A stretch of 64,000 nt of DNA, taken from the NCBI GenBank assembly GCA_036733925.1, contig DAIMZO010000001.1, forward strand, positions 31,605 through 95,604, in the 5' to 3' direction. The translations under genes and the position numbers were made by a program. This stretch comes from Selenomonadaceae bacterium (GTDB lineage: Bacteria; Bacillota; Negativicutes; Selenomonadales; Selenomonadaceae). Positions 9,439 to 18,661 of this stretch are shown piece after piece; within the stretch, counting starts at the first letter, position 1; each line of letters starts with the position of its first letter. A model generated the notes under the pieces. The model saw nothing but the letters and a program-made list of their open reading frames with translations. It was not told the origin of the DNA and searched no databases.

Positions 9439-11511
9439 ATGAAGCGGATGGGCGTAGATGTCGGCGGTACGTTTACGGATTTCATTTACGTAGACGACGC
9501 CGGAAAGATTGAAGTGTACAAGACCTCGACAACGCCGGAGAATCCTTCAATCGGCATGATGGAGGGCATCAACGCGATTTGCGACAAGCTCAATCTGCCG
9601 CATGACGCGATTGACGAGATTTTCCACGGCACGACGATTGCGACGAACATGGTGCTCGAGCATAAGGGCGCCCGCGCGGGCATGATCACAACGAAGGGGT
9701 TCCGCGATATCATCCATATCGCGCGCCATAAGCGGCCGACGAACTTCTCCATCGTCGAAGATATCCCTTGGCAGAAGTATCCGGTCTGCAAGCGCCAGGA
9801 CCGCTACGGCGTGACGGAGCGCATGGTCGCACCGGATGGCAGGGAGCTGATTCCGCTTGACGAGGACGAAGTCCGTCAAGCCGTGCGCAAGATGAAGGCG
9901 GAGAAGGTCGAGGCCATCGCGGTCTGCTTCTTGTTCTCCTTCCTGAATCCGGCGCATGAGGAACGCGTCAGGGAAATCATCGAGGAGGAATACCCGGAGG
10001 TCTACCTCTCCCTCAGCTGCGAGGTTCTGCCGCAGTTCCGCGAGTACGAGCGATTCACGACGACGGGCCTCAACGCGTACATCGGTCCGACGACCTCGCG
10101 TTATATCCGCTCGCTCGAGAAGACGCTGCGCGACCAGGGCTATACAGCGAACGTCCACCTGATGCAGTCATTCGGCGGCGTGGCATCGACGGAGGCAGCG
10201 CAGAAAAAGCCGGTCAACCTGCTGCTCTCCGGTCCGGTCGGCGGCGTGCTCGGTGCCATCTGGACGACGAAGCTCACGCCAATCCAGAACGTCATCACGC
10301 TCGATATCGGCGGCACGTCGGCGGATATCTCGGTGCTGGCGAACCTGAAGCCGACGATGAAGCACCTCTTGGATACGAAGGTCGGCGGCTACTCCGCGAT
10401 GGTTCCGATGATCGATGTCGGCACGATTGGCGCGGGCGGCGGCTCCATCGCCTACATCGATGAGGGCGGCTTCTTCCGCGTCGGCCCGCAGAGCGCGGGC
10501 GCTGTGCCGGGCCCGGCATGCTATAACCGCGGCGGCACGGAGGCGACGGTATCGGATGCGAACATCATCCTCGGACGTCTCGGCACGAAACTTCTCGGCG
10601 GCCGCATGGAGATTAAGCCGGAGCTCGCGAAGAAAGCCATCATGGAGCATGTCGGCGAGCCGCTCGGCGAATCGCTCGATGAAGCTGCGCTCGGTATCAT
10701 CGATGTCATGAACAACAACATGATCCAGGAGATCGAGAAGGAATCCGTCCGCCGCGGCTTCGACCCGCGCGAGTTCTCGCTGTTCGCCTGCGGCGGCGCC
10801 GGTGCGCTCCATGCCTGCAGCGTGGCGCGCGAGCTCGGCATGAAGCACGTGATTATCCCGCGGAATCCGGGCGCGCTCTGCGCGGTCGGCCTCGTCAACA
10901 CGGATCTCATGTACGATTTCTCCAAGACGGAGATGCAGCTTTCGACGAAAGTCAATCTCGACGTGCTCGACAAAGACTACCAGATGCTCGAGGAAGAGGC
11001 GGAGGCCCGTCTGGGCGCGGATCATATGCCGGAGGACAAGATTGTCATCCAGCGCGTCGCCGACTGCCGCTACGAAGGCCAGGGCTACGAGATGCGCGTT
11101 CCCGTCATCGGCGGCAAGGTCACGGAAGAGACCATCGAGAAGATGAAGGAGTCGTTCCATCAGGCGCATAAGAAGCAGTTCGGCCGTTCGTTCCGCAAGG
11201 TCGCCGTGGAGATCGTCAATATCCGCGTCATCGGCACCGGCGCGATTGAGAATCTGGAGGCCGTGAAGATCCCGACCGGGGGTGGCGATATCTCGCGGGC
11301 ACAGGTCGATGAACGTCAGGTCACGTTCAAGGGCAAGGAGCATCCAGTACATCTGGCGACGAAGGTCTACGACCGCAGCCTGTTCTGCGCCGGCGATACG
11401 ATCCCGGGGCCGGCGGTCATCAATCAGATGGATACGACGATTGTCATCGAGCCGGGCTGCACGGGGCATGTCAACGACTACGGCATCATCATCATCGACA
11501 TTGACGCTTGA
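9439..11511 (+). CDS. hyuA: hydantoinase/oxoprolinase family, A (ATP-hydrolysing) subunit
   Basis: MGVDVGGTFTDF N-terminus and DIGGTSADIS motif. About 690 aa. ATG 9439 follows GGAGG. Confidence 0.9.
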   Translation: MKRMGVDVGGTFTDFIYVDDAGKIEVYKTSTTPENPSIGMMEGINAICDKLNLPHDAIDEIFHGTTIATNMVLEHKGARAGMITTKGFRDIIHIARHKRPTNFSIVEDIPWQKYPVCKRQDRYGVTERMVAPDGRELIPLDEDEVRQAVRKMKAEKVEAIAVCFLFSFLNPAHEERVREIIEEEYPEVYLSLSCEVLPQFREYERFTTTGLNAYIGPTTSRYIRSLEKTLRDQGYTANVHLMQSFGGVASTEAAQKKPVNLLLSGPVGGVLGAIWTTKLTPIQNVITLDIGGTSADISVLANLKPTMKHLLDTKVGGYSAMVPMIDVGTIGAGGGSIAYIDEGGFFRVGPQSAGAVPGPACYNRGGTEATVSDANIILGRLGTKLLGGRMEIKPELAKKAIMEHVGEPLGESLDEAALGIIDVMNNNMIQEIEKESVRRGFDPREFSLFACGGAGALHACSVARELGMKHVIIPRNPGALCAVGLVNTDLMYDFSKTEMQLSTKVNLDVLDKDYQMLEEEAEARLGADHMPEDKIVIQRVADCRYEGQGYEMRVPVIGGKVTEETIEKMKESFHQAHKKQFGRSFRKVAVEIVNIRVIGTGAIENLEAVKIPTGGGDISRAQVDERQVTFKGKEHPVHLATKVYDRSLFCAGDTIPGPAVINQMDTTIVIEPGCTGHVNDYGIIIIDIDA

Positions 11512-11545
11512 AAAAGAAGAATAGCAGTGGAAAGGAAGGATTGCT

Positions 11546-13336
11546 ATGGGCAAGATGATTGAAGGACTGAACATCCCACGCGTGGAAGTCGATCCGGTTA
11601 CCCTGCAGGTGCTCGGCGGCGCGTTCAAGATGGTTGCCCAGGAAATGGGCATGGTACTTTACCGGATGAGCTACTCGAGCATCATCCGCGAATCGGAGGA
11701 TATCGGCGCCGGCATCGTCGACATCGTCGGCCGCCAGCTCTGCGAAAGCGAGAGCACGCCGATGCACGTCGGCTCAATCGGCGGCAACGTCAAGGGCATC
11801 CTGACGCGCTGGAAGCTTGAGGATATCCACGAAGGCGATATCTTCATCCACAACCATCCGTATTATGGCACGAGCCATTCGCCGGATATCCATATCTGCC
11901 TGCCAATCTTCTATCAGGGCAAGCTCATCAGCTTCTCCTGCGTGCAGGCGCATCTGCTCGACAACGGCTCGCATACGCCGGGCATGGATGTATTCGCCCG
12001 CGATATCTACGCGGAGACGCGCATCTACTACGGCCTGAAGCTCTACGACCGCGGGAAGAAGAACGACCAGCTCTGGCAGATGATTCTCGACAATGTGCGC
12101 ACGCCGTCCATGAACGAGAATGACCTGAAGGCAATGATCGCTTCGGCGCGCCACGGCATCAAGCGCTTTACGGAGCTCGTCGATAAATACGGACTGGAAA
12201 CCGTCTTTTCCGCCATCGAGGATTGGATGGATTATTCTGAGCGCATGCTGCGCAGCGCCATCGCGAAAGTACCGGATGGCACGTACTACGCAGAGGGCTG
12301 GCTGGATAACGACGGCATCAATCTCGACAAACCGCTGAAGGTCTGCACGACCACGACAATCCACGGCGACAGCCTGACCATCGACCTGACGGGCAGCGCG
12401 GACGAAGTATATACCGCCTTCAACTGTTCGTTTGAGGGGACAACCCGCACCTCCATCAACTACATCATGCACGCCTTGTTCCTCGATGACGATATCTACA
12501 AGCAGTATATCCCGCAGAACGACGGTATGCGCCGTCCGGTCGAGATCATCGCGCCGAAGGGCTGCATCTTCAACCCAAATTTCCCGCGCGCGACGTTCTC
12601 CCGCTTCAATCAGGCCAATCTGCTTGCGGACTGCGTCATGCGTTCCCTGGCGGATGTCATGCCGGAGCGCGTTTCGGCCGGTACCAGCGCGCATATCCAT
12701 TTCGTCAGCTACAACGGATTCAACAAGGAGAAAGGCGAATACTGGGTCTATCTGGAAGTCGATGAGGGTTCGTACGGCGGGCGCTATGGCAAAGAGGCCA
12801 TCGATTCCTGCGACGCCCTCGTCGCGAATACGCGGAATGACCCGATCGAGGAGATTGAGTGGCACTATCCGCTGCGCGTCGAACGCTATGAGCTGAATCC
12901 AGAAAAGGTCGCACCGGGTAAATGGCGCGGAGGCCTCGGCATCATCCGCGAAACGCGTTTCCTGCAGGAAGGCACCGTCACCTGTGAGGGCGACCGGCAC
13001 ATGGAGGCGCCGAAGGGCATCTTCGGCGGCATGGACGGCCATTCCGCCAGCATGACGAAGAACCCGGGCACGGATCACGCCGTCAGCCTGCAGGCAAAAC
13101 TTTCCGATGAGGAATTCGGCAAGGGTGATGTCCTGCAGATCCGCACACCGTGCGGCGGCGGTTACGGCAATCCGCTCGAGCGCAACCCGAAGTCCGTGCT
13201 GTCCGACGTGCTCGATGACTTCACGGATATCGAGGACGCGCGCGAATCGTACGGTGTCGTCATCGACCCGGCGACGATGAAAATCGATGAAGCTGCCACG
13301 GAAAAGCTCCGTGCGGAACTGACGCAGGCAGGCTGA
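11546..13336 (+). CDS. hyuB: hydantoinase B/oxoprolinase family, B subunit
   Basis: 596 aa. DPVTLQVL...F..V..EMG N-terminus and GGGYGNPLERNP C-terminal motif are typical of HyuB. Confidence 0.9.
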   Translation: MGKMIEGLNIPRVEVDPVTLQVLGGAFKMVAQEMGMVLYRMSYSSIIRESEDIGAGIVDIVGRQLCESESTPMHVGSIGGNVKGILTRWKLEDIHEGDIFIHNHPYYGTSHSPDIHICLPIFYQGKLISFSCVQAHLLDNGSHTPGMDVFARDIYAETRIYYGLKLYDRGKKNDQLWQMILDNVRTPSMNENDLKAMIASARHGIKRFTELVDKYGLETVFSAIEDWMDYSERMLRSAIAKVPDGTYYAEGWLDNDGINLDKPLKVCTTTTIHGDSLTIDLTGSADEVYTAFNCSFEGTTRTSINYIMHALFLDDDIYKQYIPQNDGMRRPVEIIAPKGCIFNPNFPRATFSRFNQANLLADCVMRSLADVMPERVSAGTSAHIHFVSYNGFNKEKGEYWVYLEVDEGSYGGRYGKEAIDSCDALVANTRNDPIEEIEWHYPLRVERYELNPEKVAPGKWRGGLGIIRETRFLQEGTVTCEGDRHMEAPKGIFGGMDGHSASMTKNPGTDHAVSLQAKLSDEEFGKGDVLQIRTPCGGGYGNPLERNPKSVLSDVLDDFTDIEDARESYGVVIDPATMKIDEAATEKLRAELTQAG

Positions 13337-13537
13337 AACAGGCCGCGCAAAGAATGGGGCAATCCGCAGTACTACGACCTCTGCGTCAATACGAGCGGAA
13401 AAGCTCTGGACATCCTTTCCGAGCACATCATCGGCTACATCCAGATGAATCAGCCCGAATCCCCCACGCCGCTCAGCACAGAACCGGTTGCCGCAGCACC
13501 CGTAGATACGACCGCTCCCGCGGCCGAACTGGTCTGA
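13337..13537 (+). pseudogene. 3' remnant of a cytidylate-kinase-like (AAA) family gene
   Basis: Start-less frame reads NRPRKEWGNPQYYDLCVNTSGKALDILSEHIIGYIQMN..., resembling the C-terminus of cytidylate kinase-like family proteins. It has no upstream start and begins immediately after, and in frame with, the hyuB TGA. Confidence 0.45.
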
Positions 13538-13555
13538 ATGCTGACATAGTTCCAC

Positions 13556-13604
13556 AAAAAGATGGTGTGCCAGAATGCTTCTGCATTTTGGCACACCATC
13601 TTTT
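13556..13604. terminator. bidirectional rho-independent terminator
   Basis: AAAAAGATGGTGTGCCA-loop-TGGCACACCATCTTTT between the + strand module and the converging ulaA. Confidence 0.8.
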
Positions 13605-13665
13605 ATTGCCTCTGCATATTTTACCCGATGGAGATATTTTTCGGAAAGTGTCAAGCCACGATGAA

Positions 13666-15012
13666 TCAGGCTTTTGCCGGATCCTTTATCAATTTGCTGG
13701 CGATGCAGACCAGTGCAAGGAAGCCGAAGATACCGACAATCAGGGCCGCTTCACCGAGGGCGCCGATATTGCCGAGGATGATGCCCGGGATGAGGTAGTC
13801 CGTATCGGCGAACGTCGAGCTGGCAAGGCTGAGATTGCCGAGAACCGGCAGGATGAAGAGTGGGAGCCAGCTGATCAGGAGACTGTTGACGGCAGCGCCG
13901 ATGATGGCACCGCGGCGGCCACCAAAGGCATTGCCGTAAATCGCAGCGGCAGCACCGCAGAAGAAGTGTCCGACAACACCCGGGATGATGACGACGGTGC
14001 CGAGCGCGACCATGCCGAACATGGAGAGAGTGCCGACAATGAAGCTGACAAAGAAGCCGAGCAGTACAGCATTCGGAGCGTACGGGAAGATGATCGGTAC
14101 ATCCAGTGCTGGTTTCGAATTCGGCACCAGCTTCATGGCGATGCCCTGGAAAGCAGGGACGATTTCAGCTAAGATCATGCGGACGCCCTGCAGGACGACG
14201 GCAAAACCCGCTGCAAAAGTACCAGCCTGAACGATGGCATAAACGAGATAATTCGTGCCTTTGCTGAGGTTCGTCTCGACGAATTCCTGTCCGGTCATCA
14301 GGGCGAGAATGAGGTAGACGATGGCCATGACAATCGTGATGGATACCGTGGAATCGCGCAGGAAGGACATGCTTTTCGGCACGTTGATATCTTCCGTGCT
14401 GTGTTCCTTATTGCCGAACCATTTTCCGCACCAGCCGGCGAGCGCATAGCCGATATTGCCCGTGTGGCCCATGGCGACGGTATCGCCACCCGTGATGGCG
14501 CGCATGAAAGGCTGGCAGAGAGCCGGGGTCACCGTCAGCAATGTACCTTCGAAAATGCCGCCGAGGATGATGGTGAAGATACCCGTGCCGAAACCGGCCG
14601 AAACGAGGATGACAGCAGTCAGGCAAGAGACATAGAGCATGGCCTGACCGGTCAGGAAGATGTTTTTGAATTTCGTGAAACGGGCCAATGCGATATTGAC
14701 CAGCATGCCGACGAACATAATCATGGCCGTTACAGAGCCGTAATCGACCAATGCGATGGCTACAACGGCCTCATTGCTCGGGACAACGCCTTGGACACCT
14801 AGAGAGAACTGGAACATCTTGGCAAATGGATCCAGCGAATTCACGATAATGCCGGCACCGCCTGTTAAAATCAGGAAGCCCGCAAATGTCTTGATACCGC
14901 CCTGAATGACCTGTGTCGTCTTTTTGTGCTGCAGGATCAGTCCAAGAACGGCTAACAGGCCGACGAGAAGTGCCGGGGTCTGGACAATGCTGACAAAGAG
15001 ATTCTGAATCAT
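13666..15012 (-). CDS. ulaA: PTS ascorbate-family (SgaT/UlaA) EIIC permease
   Basis: 448 aa polytopic protein. N-terminus MIQNLFVSIVQTPALLVGLLAVLGLILQ is typical of SgaT/UlaA. GGAGG RBS. Confidence 0.9.
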   Translation of the reverse strand: MIQNLFVSIVQTPALLVGLLAVLGLILQHKKTTQVIQGGIKTFAGFLILTGGAGIIVNSLDPFAKMFQFSLGVQGVVPSNEAVVAIALVDYGSVTAMIMFVGMLVNIALARFTKFKNIFLTGQAMLYVSCLTAVILVSAGFGTGIFTIILGGIFEGTLLTVTPALCQPFMRAITGGDTVAMGHTGNIGYALAGWCGKWFGNKEHSTEDINVPKSMSFLRDSTVSITIVMAIVYLILALMTGQEFVETNLSKGTNYLVYAIVQAGTFAAGFAVVLQGVRMILAEIVPAFQGIAMKLVPNSKPALDVPIIFPYAPNAVLLGFFVSFIVGTLSMFGMVALGTVVIIPGVVGHFFCGAAAAIYGNAFGGRRGAIIGAAVNSLLISWLPLFILPVLGNLSLASSTFADTDYLIPGIILGNIGALGEAALIVGIFGFLALVCIASKLIKDPAKA

Positions 15013-15041
15013 GATTTAGCCTCCTTCCTGATGTCTATGCA

Positions 15042-15338
15042 TCAATCATGCGCAATGCTGTTATCGTCCAAGATCTTATTGACTGCCTCTTTGATTTCGT
15101 TCTGATCAATCAGGCTGTTCAACAGGACAACGCGGTCAGAAGGAAGCATGGAGACGGCATCGCCAAGCGTCTTCTCTACGAAGAAATAGTCCGCCATATC
15201 CGCGGTCGTGCTGCCAACATCGGAATGCTCCACGGAGATTTCGTCCGTGACATTTTCCGCATGGAGCAGGTTCTGGATGTTCATCTGAACCATGAAGCTG
15301 CTGCCGAGACCAGACTGGCAAATGCATAAGAATTTCAT
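15042..15338 (-). CDS. ulaB: PTS EIIB (SgaB/UlaB type)
   Basis: MKFLCICQSGLGSS phospho-Cys motif. ATG 15338 follows GGGGAGGAA. Confidence 0.85.
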   Translation of the reverse strand: MKFLCICQSGLGSSFMVQMNIQNLLHAENVTDEISVEHSDVGSTTADMADYFFVEKTLGDAVSMLPSDRVVLLNSLIDQNEIKEAVNKILDDNSIAHD

Positions 15339-15399
15339 TTTTTGTTCCTCCCCAATCAAATACCTATCTGCATGATGAAAGTAATTCTGGATCTATGTT

Positions 15400-15837
15400 T
15401 CAGCTGTTGAGAATATGAAGCAGATCCTGCTTGGAATCTGCCGCGAGAACTTTTTTCAGGAATGCGCTGTCCATCAGAAGGACAGCCAATTTCTGGATCA
15501 ACTCGATGTGGCTTTTGCTATCTGGCGTGGCCAGAAAAATCCAAAGCCTTGCCTTGTGCGCGGCATCATCGAGCAGCGCAGCTGGATTCTTTGAAAGAAG
15601 CAGTGCCATAGACGCTTTTTTTGTGCTTGGCAACGGTCTTGCATGCGCGAGAACGATATCCGGCCCGATATTCATATAAGGCCCTTTCTCTAAGCATGTA
15701 TGGATGATTTCATCTACATAATCTTGAGCAATCACCCCGTCATCCAAGAGCGGTTTCCCAGCCATCCGGATCATATCTTTCCAGGATATGTCCGGCTGGT
15801 CGGTATATTGCACATAACGATCATTGAAAAGCCCCAT
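15400..15837 (-). CDS. ulaC: PTS EIIA (type 2, SgaA/UlaC-like)
   Basis: 145 aa. Has the GPDIVLAHAR active-site His context of EIIA-2. Confidence 0.85.
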   Translation of the reverse strand: MGLFNDRYVQYTDQPDISWKDMIRMAGKPLLDDGVIAQDYVDEIIHTCLEKGPYMNIGPDIVLAHARPLPSTKKASMALLLSKNPAALLDDAAHKARLWIFLATPDSKSHIELIQKLAVLLMDSAFLKKVLAADSKQDLLHILNS

Positions 15838-15910
15838 TTGCTATTTCCCCCTTTCTTCTATCGCGATTTATCTTACATTGCTTATGATACTATACTATTC
15901 GATTTACAGC

Positions 15911-15955
15911 AAGTGCAATACGATATTGACAAAAGTGCAAAAATTGAACTACTAT
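15911..15955. promoter_or_regulatory. divergent PTS/regulator control region: direct repeats AAGTGCAA x2 and TTGACA-18-TACTAT
   Basis: AAGTGCAA occurs at 15911-15918 and 15933-15940 (22 bp period), flanking TTGACA (15926-15931). TACTAT is at 15950-15955. Confidence 0.35.
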
Positions 15956-15982
15956 AGAAAAAAAGGATTTTTGGAGGGAAAA

Positions 15983-18079
15983 ATGATTGCATTCTGCAGC
16001 TATAAAAATGGGAATAGACTGCTCAGCCTGCTCCTGCAGTCCGGGCATGCCATATCGATGGAGGGGCTGGAAGAAGCCTTGGGACTTTCTCGCCGCAGTA
16101 TCCTTTATCTGATCAAGAAGGTAAATCGTGCTTTAGATGCCGGAGATATCCCGTCCATCCAGAATAAAAAGGGGCAGGGCTATTTCCTGACGGACGCATC
16201 CCGGCAGCTGCTTTCTGTCTACGATACAGAACATGATGAGATGAATATCCTGACGCAGCCCAAGAAATGGCATATCCCGCTGAAGGATCTCCGACGCGAT
16301 GAACGCGATCTCTTGATCTGTTACATCCTCATCACGCAGCCGCCGGTATCCATACAGACATTCATGGGCATTTTTCAGGTATCCAGGAATACGATCCTGC
16401 AGGAACTTCGTCATCTTCAGGAACAGGGTGATGCGTCGCCTCTCTTCAAGATTGAAGTGACTTCGTCTGGCAGGATTGCGGCAGGCAGCGAACTGCAGCA
16501 AAGAAGATGGATTATCGAAAATCTTCCTGCAGTCCTGCGTTTATTGGAACGATATTACACGCTGCGCACGAGTGCGGATATTCCTGCTATTCTGCAGTCC
16601 TATGAAAGCATGATGGGCAGTCATCTGACGGATGATTCTCGTCATTTCATGACGTATTTTCTTTCCTGGTATGATGTCCGGTTATCCGGAAAGCATCTCC
16701 TGCCAGCATCAAGCGATATTCCGGAAGAGCAGGATGCCTTGCTCATGGACTGGGCATCCGCCTTTTTTGCACGGCATGATCTGACGGATCCACAGGAATG
16801 CAAGTATTTATGCACGGTCATGAACTTGCAGGCCTGTGCATCGATTACGCAGAAAACGGCGCTCTACGATAAACTGCATAGATCTGCGGAATCCCTTACA
16901 GAACGATTCGAATCCTTGACTGGCATGACAATCGGTGAGAATCGCAAGACGCTCATCGACCGGTTGACCGTTCATCTGATTTCAGCCTATCATCGTCTGA
17001 GGAATCATATCCAGTATCATAACCCGATGCTGGATAGCATAAAAAAAGAATATCAGAATTTATTCTATATCACGCAGGCAGCTGTGCGATCACAGGAAAA
17101 CCTTTGGCAGGCTCATTTTTCGGATGATGAAATCGCCTTGATTGCCACGTATTTTGGCGGAGAATTATTGAGCGGCAAAGGGAAGGAAGAATCCCGCCAG
17201 ATCCTGGTGGTCTGTTCCAGCGGCATCGGTACGTCGCAATTCCTTTTGCTGCAGCTCCGTGAACGGTATCCGAAGCTGCAGTTCACCGGCCCTCTGAGCA
17301 CGTCGGAATGCCTGAAGATGTCCCTGCAGGACGTCGGCCTGATTATCACCACGACCTCTTTGCAGCTGTTTACAGGTGTGCCGTGCCCCATTATGAAGGT
17401 TTCGCCGCTTCCTGCTGAGCGGGAATGGGAAGCTCTGCACAGTCGCCTGGTGGAACTGGATTTCCCGATTCATTCGCATCTTCGAGAGAGTGTCAGAAGC
17501 CTGATCCGCATCATATCCGATTACGCGCGGATTGAGGATGTGGAAGGCTTGCAGCATGCGCTCAGCAGGTATCTCTATCAGAAAAATCATTATGCATCCG
17601 GGCAGCAGATGAATCTGGATACCGATTCTCTGCTGAAATATGTCACTTATTGCAATAACGGAAAAGATGATCCGGAGAATAGCAAAGGTGGATCCTATTG
17701 GAAAACAGCAATCCGATTTTCCTGTCAATCGTTATTGCAGGGGCATTTCATCATCCAACCATACATCGACCGCATTCTGAAGCTTTTATCGCGGTACGGG
17801 GATTACATGATCCTCGGGAAGGGTGTATTATTGGCACATGCAAAAACCAAAGACGGCGTTCTTTCCAGCTCGGCTTCTCTTACCTTATTCCGCAATCCCG
17901 TCATGATGCAAAGCGGCAAAGAAGTCCGTTGCATCATCTGCCTTGCCCCGCAGAATCAGACCGACCATACCGGATTTCTGGCAATATTGCTGCAGAGGCT
18001 GAATGACGCATCCTGGTGCCAGAAATTTTTCTCTATCCGCGGCCAGAAGGAACTGGAGAATTTTATCTGGAATGGATAA
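15983..18079 (+). CDS. PRD-domain transcriptional regulator with EIIB(Gat)-like and EIIA-2 domains (BglG/MtlR/LicR class)
   Basis: N-terminal HTH, PRD repeats, VVCSSGIGTSQFLL (EIIB Cys) and a C-terminal EIIA-like domain. ATG 15983 follows GGAGGG. Confidence 0.85.
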   Translation: MIAFCSYKNGNRLLSLLLQSGHAISMEGLEEALGLSRRSILYLIKKVNRALDAGDIPSIQNKKGQGYFLTDASRQLLSVYDTEHDEMNILTQPKKWHIPLKDLRRDERDLLICYILITQPPVSIQTFMGIFQVSRNTILQELRHLQEQGDASPLFKIEVTSSGRIAAGSELQQRRWIIENLPAVLRLLERYYTLRTSADIPAILQSYESMMGSHLTDDSRHFMTYFLSWYDVRLSGKHLLPASSDIPEEQDALLMDWASAFFARHDLTDPQECKYLCTVMNLQACASITQKTALYDKLHRSAESLTERFESLTGMTIGENRKTLIDRLTVHLISAYHRLRNHIQYHNPMLDSIKKEYQNLFYITQAAVRSQENLWQAHFSDDEIALIATYFGGELLSGKGKEESRQILVVCSSGIGTSQFLLLQLRERYPKLQFTGPLSTSECLKMSLQDVGLIITTTSLQLFTGVPCPIMKVSPLPAEREWEALHSRLVELDFPIHSHLRESVRSLIRIISDYARIEDVEGLQHALSRYLYQKNHYASGQQMNLDTDSLLKYVTYCNNGKDDPENSKGGSYWKTAIRFSCQSLLQGHFIIQPYIDRILKLLSRYGDYMILGKGVLLAHAKTKDGVLSSSASLTLFRNPVMMQSGKEVRCIICLAPQNQTDHTGFLAILLQRLNDASWCQKFFSIRGQKELENFIWNG

Positions 18080-18173
18080 AGCAATGTGTTCTTCTGTCTT
18101 TTTTGGTATGATGGAGACAGGAAAGAACACTGCCCGATACACAGTGGACGGTAAGGGAATATTGTTTCAAGCA

Positions 18174-18202
18174 TTGCATTTTGAGCAGAGTTGGACTATA
18201 AT
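18174..18202 (+). promoter_or_regulatory. candidate sigma-A promoter TTGCAT-17-TATAAT of the thi operon
   Basis: Hexamers at 18174-18179 and 18197-18202, about 20 nt upstream of the riboswitch P1. Confidence 0.5.
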
Positions 18203-18220
18203 AGAAAAGAAAATTGTATA

Positions 18221-18322
18221 GCACGGGGAGCCTGCAGGGGACGGTCGTCCTCCGAGCGGCTGAGAGGGCAGTGGAGCTGCCGACCCGGAACCTGATTTGG
18301 ATAATGCCAACGTAGGGAGTGC
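18221..18322 (+). promoter_or_regulatory. TPP (THI-box) riboswitch aptamer
   Basis: GCACGGGGAGCC...GGCTGAGAGGG...ACCCGGAACCTGATTTGGATAATGCCAACGTAGGGAGTGC contains the CUGAGA and ACCUGAU.UGGAUAAUGCCA.CGUAGGGA cores. P1 is GCAC/GTGC. Confidence 0.9.
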
Positions 18323-18341
18323 AGGAATTTTGCAAGAAGCG

Positions 18342-18371
18342 GAGACCGTCCAGATTGGGGCGGTCTTTTTG
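18342..18371 (+). terminator. riboswitch expression-platform terminator
   Basis: GAGACCG-loop-CGGTCTTTTT immediately after the aptamer and before the thiS RBS. Confidence 0.7.
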
Positions 18372-18413
18372 ATAGAGAAAGTCTGGCGTTGCCTCGAAAA
18401 AGGAGAGAGCGAT

Positions 18414-18611
18414 ATGGTGAAAATCAATGGCGAGATGGAGCAGGCGGCGGGAAAAAGCGTCGCGGCGTACCTCGAAGAGGCCGGCTATGACAGCCGCGCC
18501 GTCGCGGTCGAGCGCAATGAGGTCATCCTGCCGAAGGAGCAGTATGCTTCGACGTTGCTGGCGGACGGCGATACGGTGGAGATCGTCTGCTTCATGGGCG
18601 GCGGCTGCTGA
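18414..18611 (+). CDS. thiS: sulfur carrier protein ThiS
   Basis: 65 aa MVKINGE...DTVEIVCFMGGGC. AGGAGAG RBS. Lies upstream of thiG. Confidence 0.85.
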   Translation: MVKINGEMEQAAGKSVAAYLEEAGYDSRAVAVERNEVILPKEQYASTLLADGDTVEIVCFMGGGC

Positions 18612-18661
18612 AAAGCTTGCCGCTGGCATCTTGGTGAAACGGAAGAGGAAGGAAAATCGAT

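Noticed and set aside
13334-13336. Selenocysteine or programmed read-through at the hyuB TGA (the remnant is in frame, and a selenium-related yqeB lies in the window)
   Set aside because: No SECIS-like hairpin is evident in the ~40 nt after the TGA. HyuB is full length at this stop, and an in-frame arrangement has a one-in-three chance by itself.
13354-14172. 272-aa + strand ORF starting inside the gene remnant
   Set aside because: It reads through a strong bidirectional terminator and then runs antisense to ulaA, and its translation is low complexity. The alternative frame (13337-13537) carries the recognisable protein similarity.
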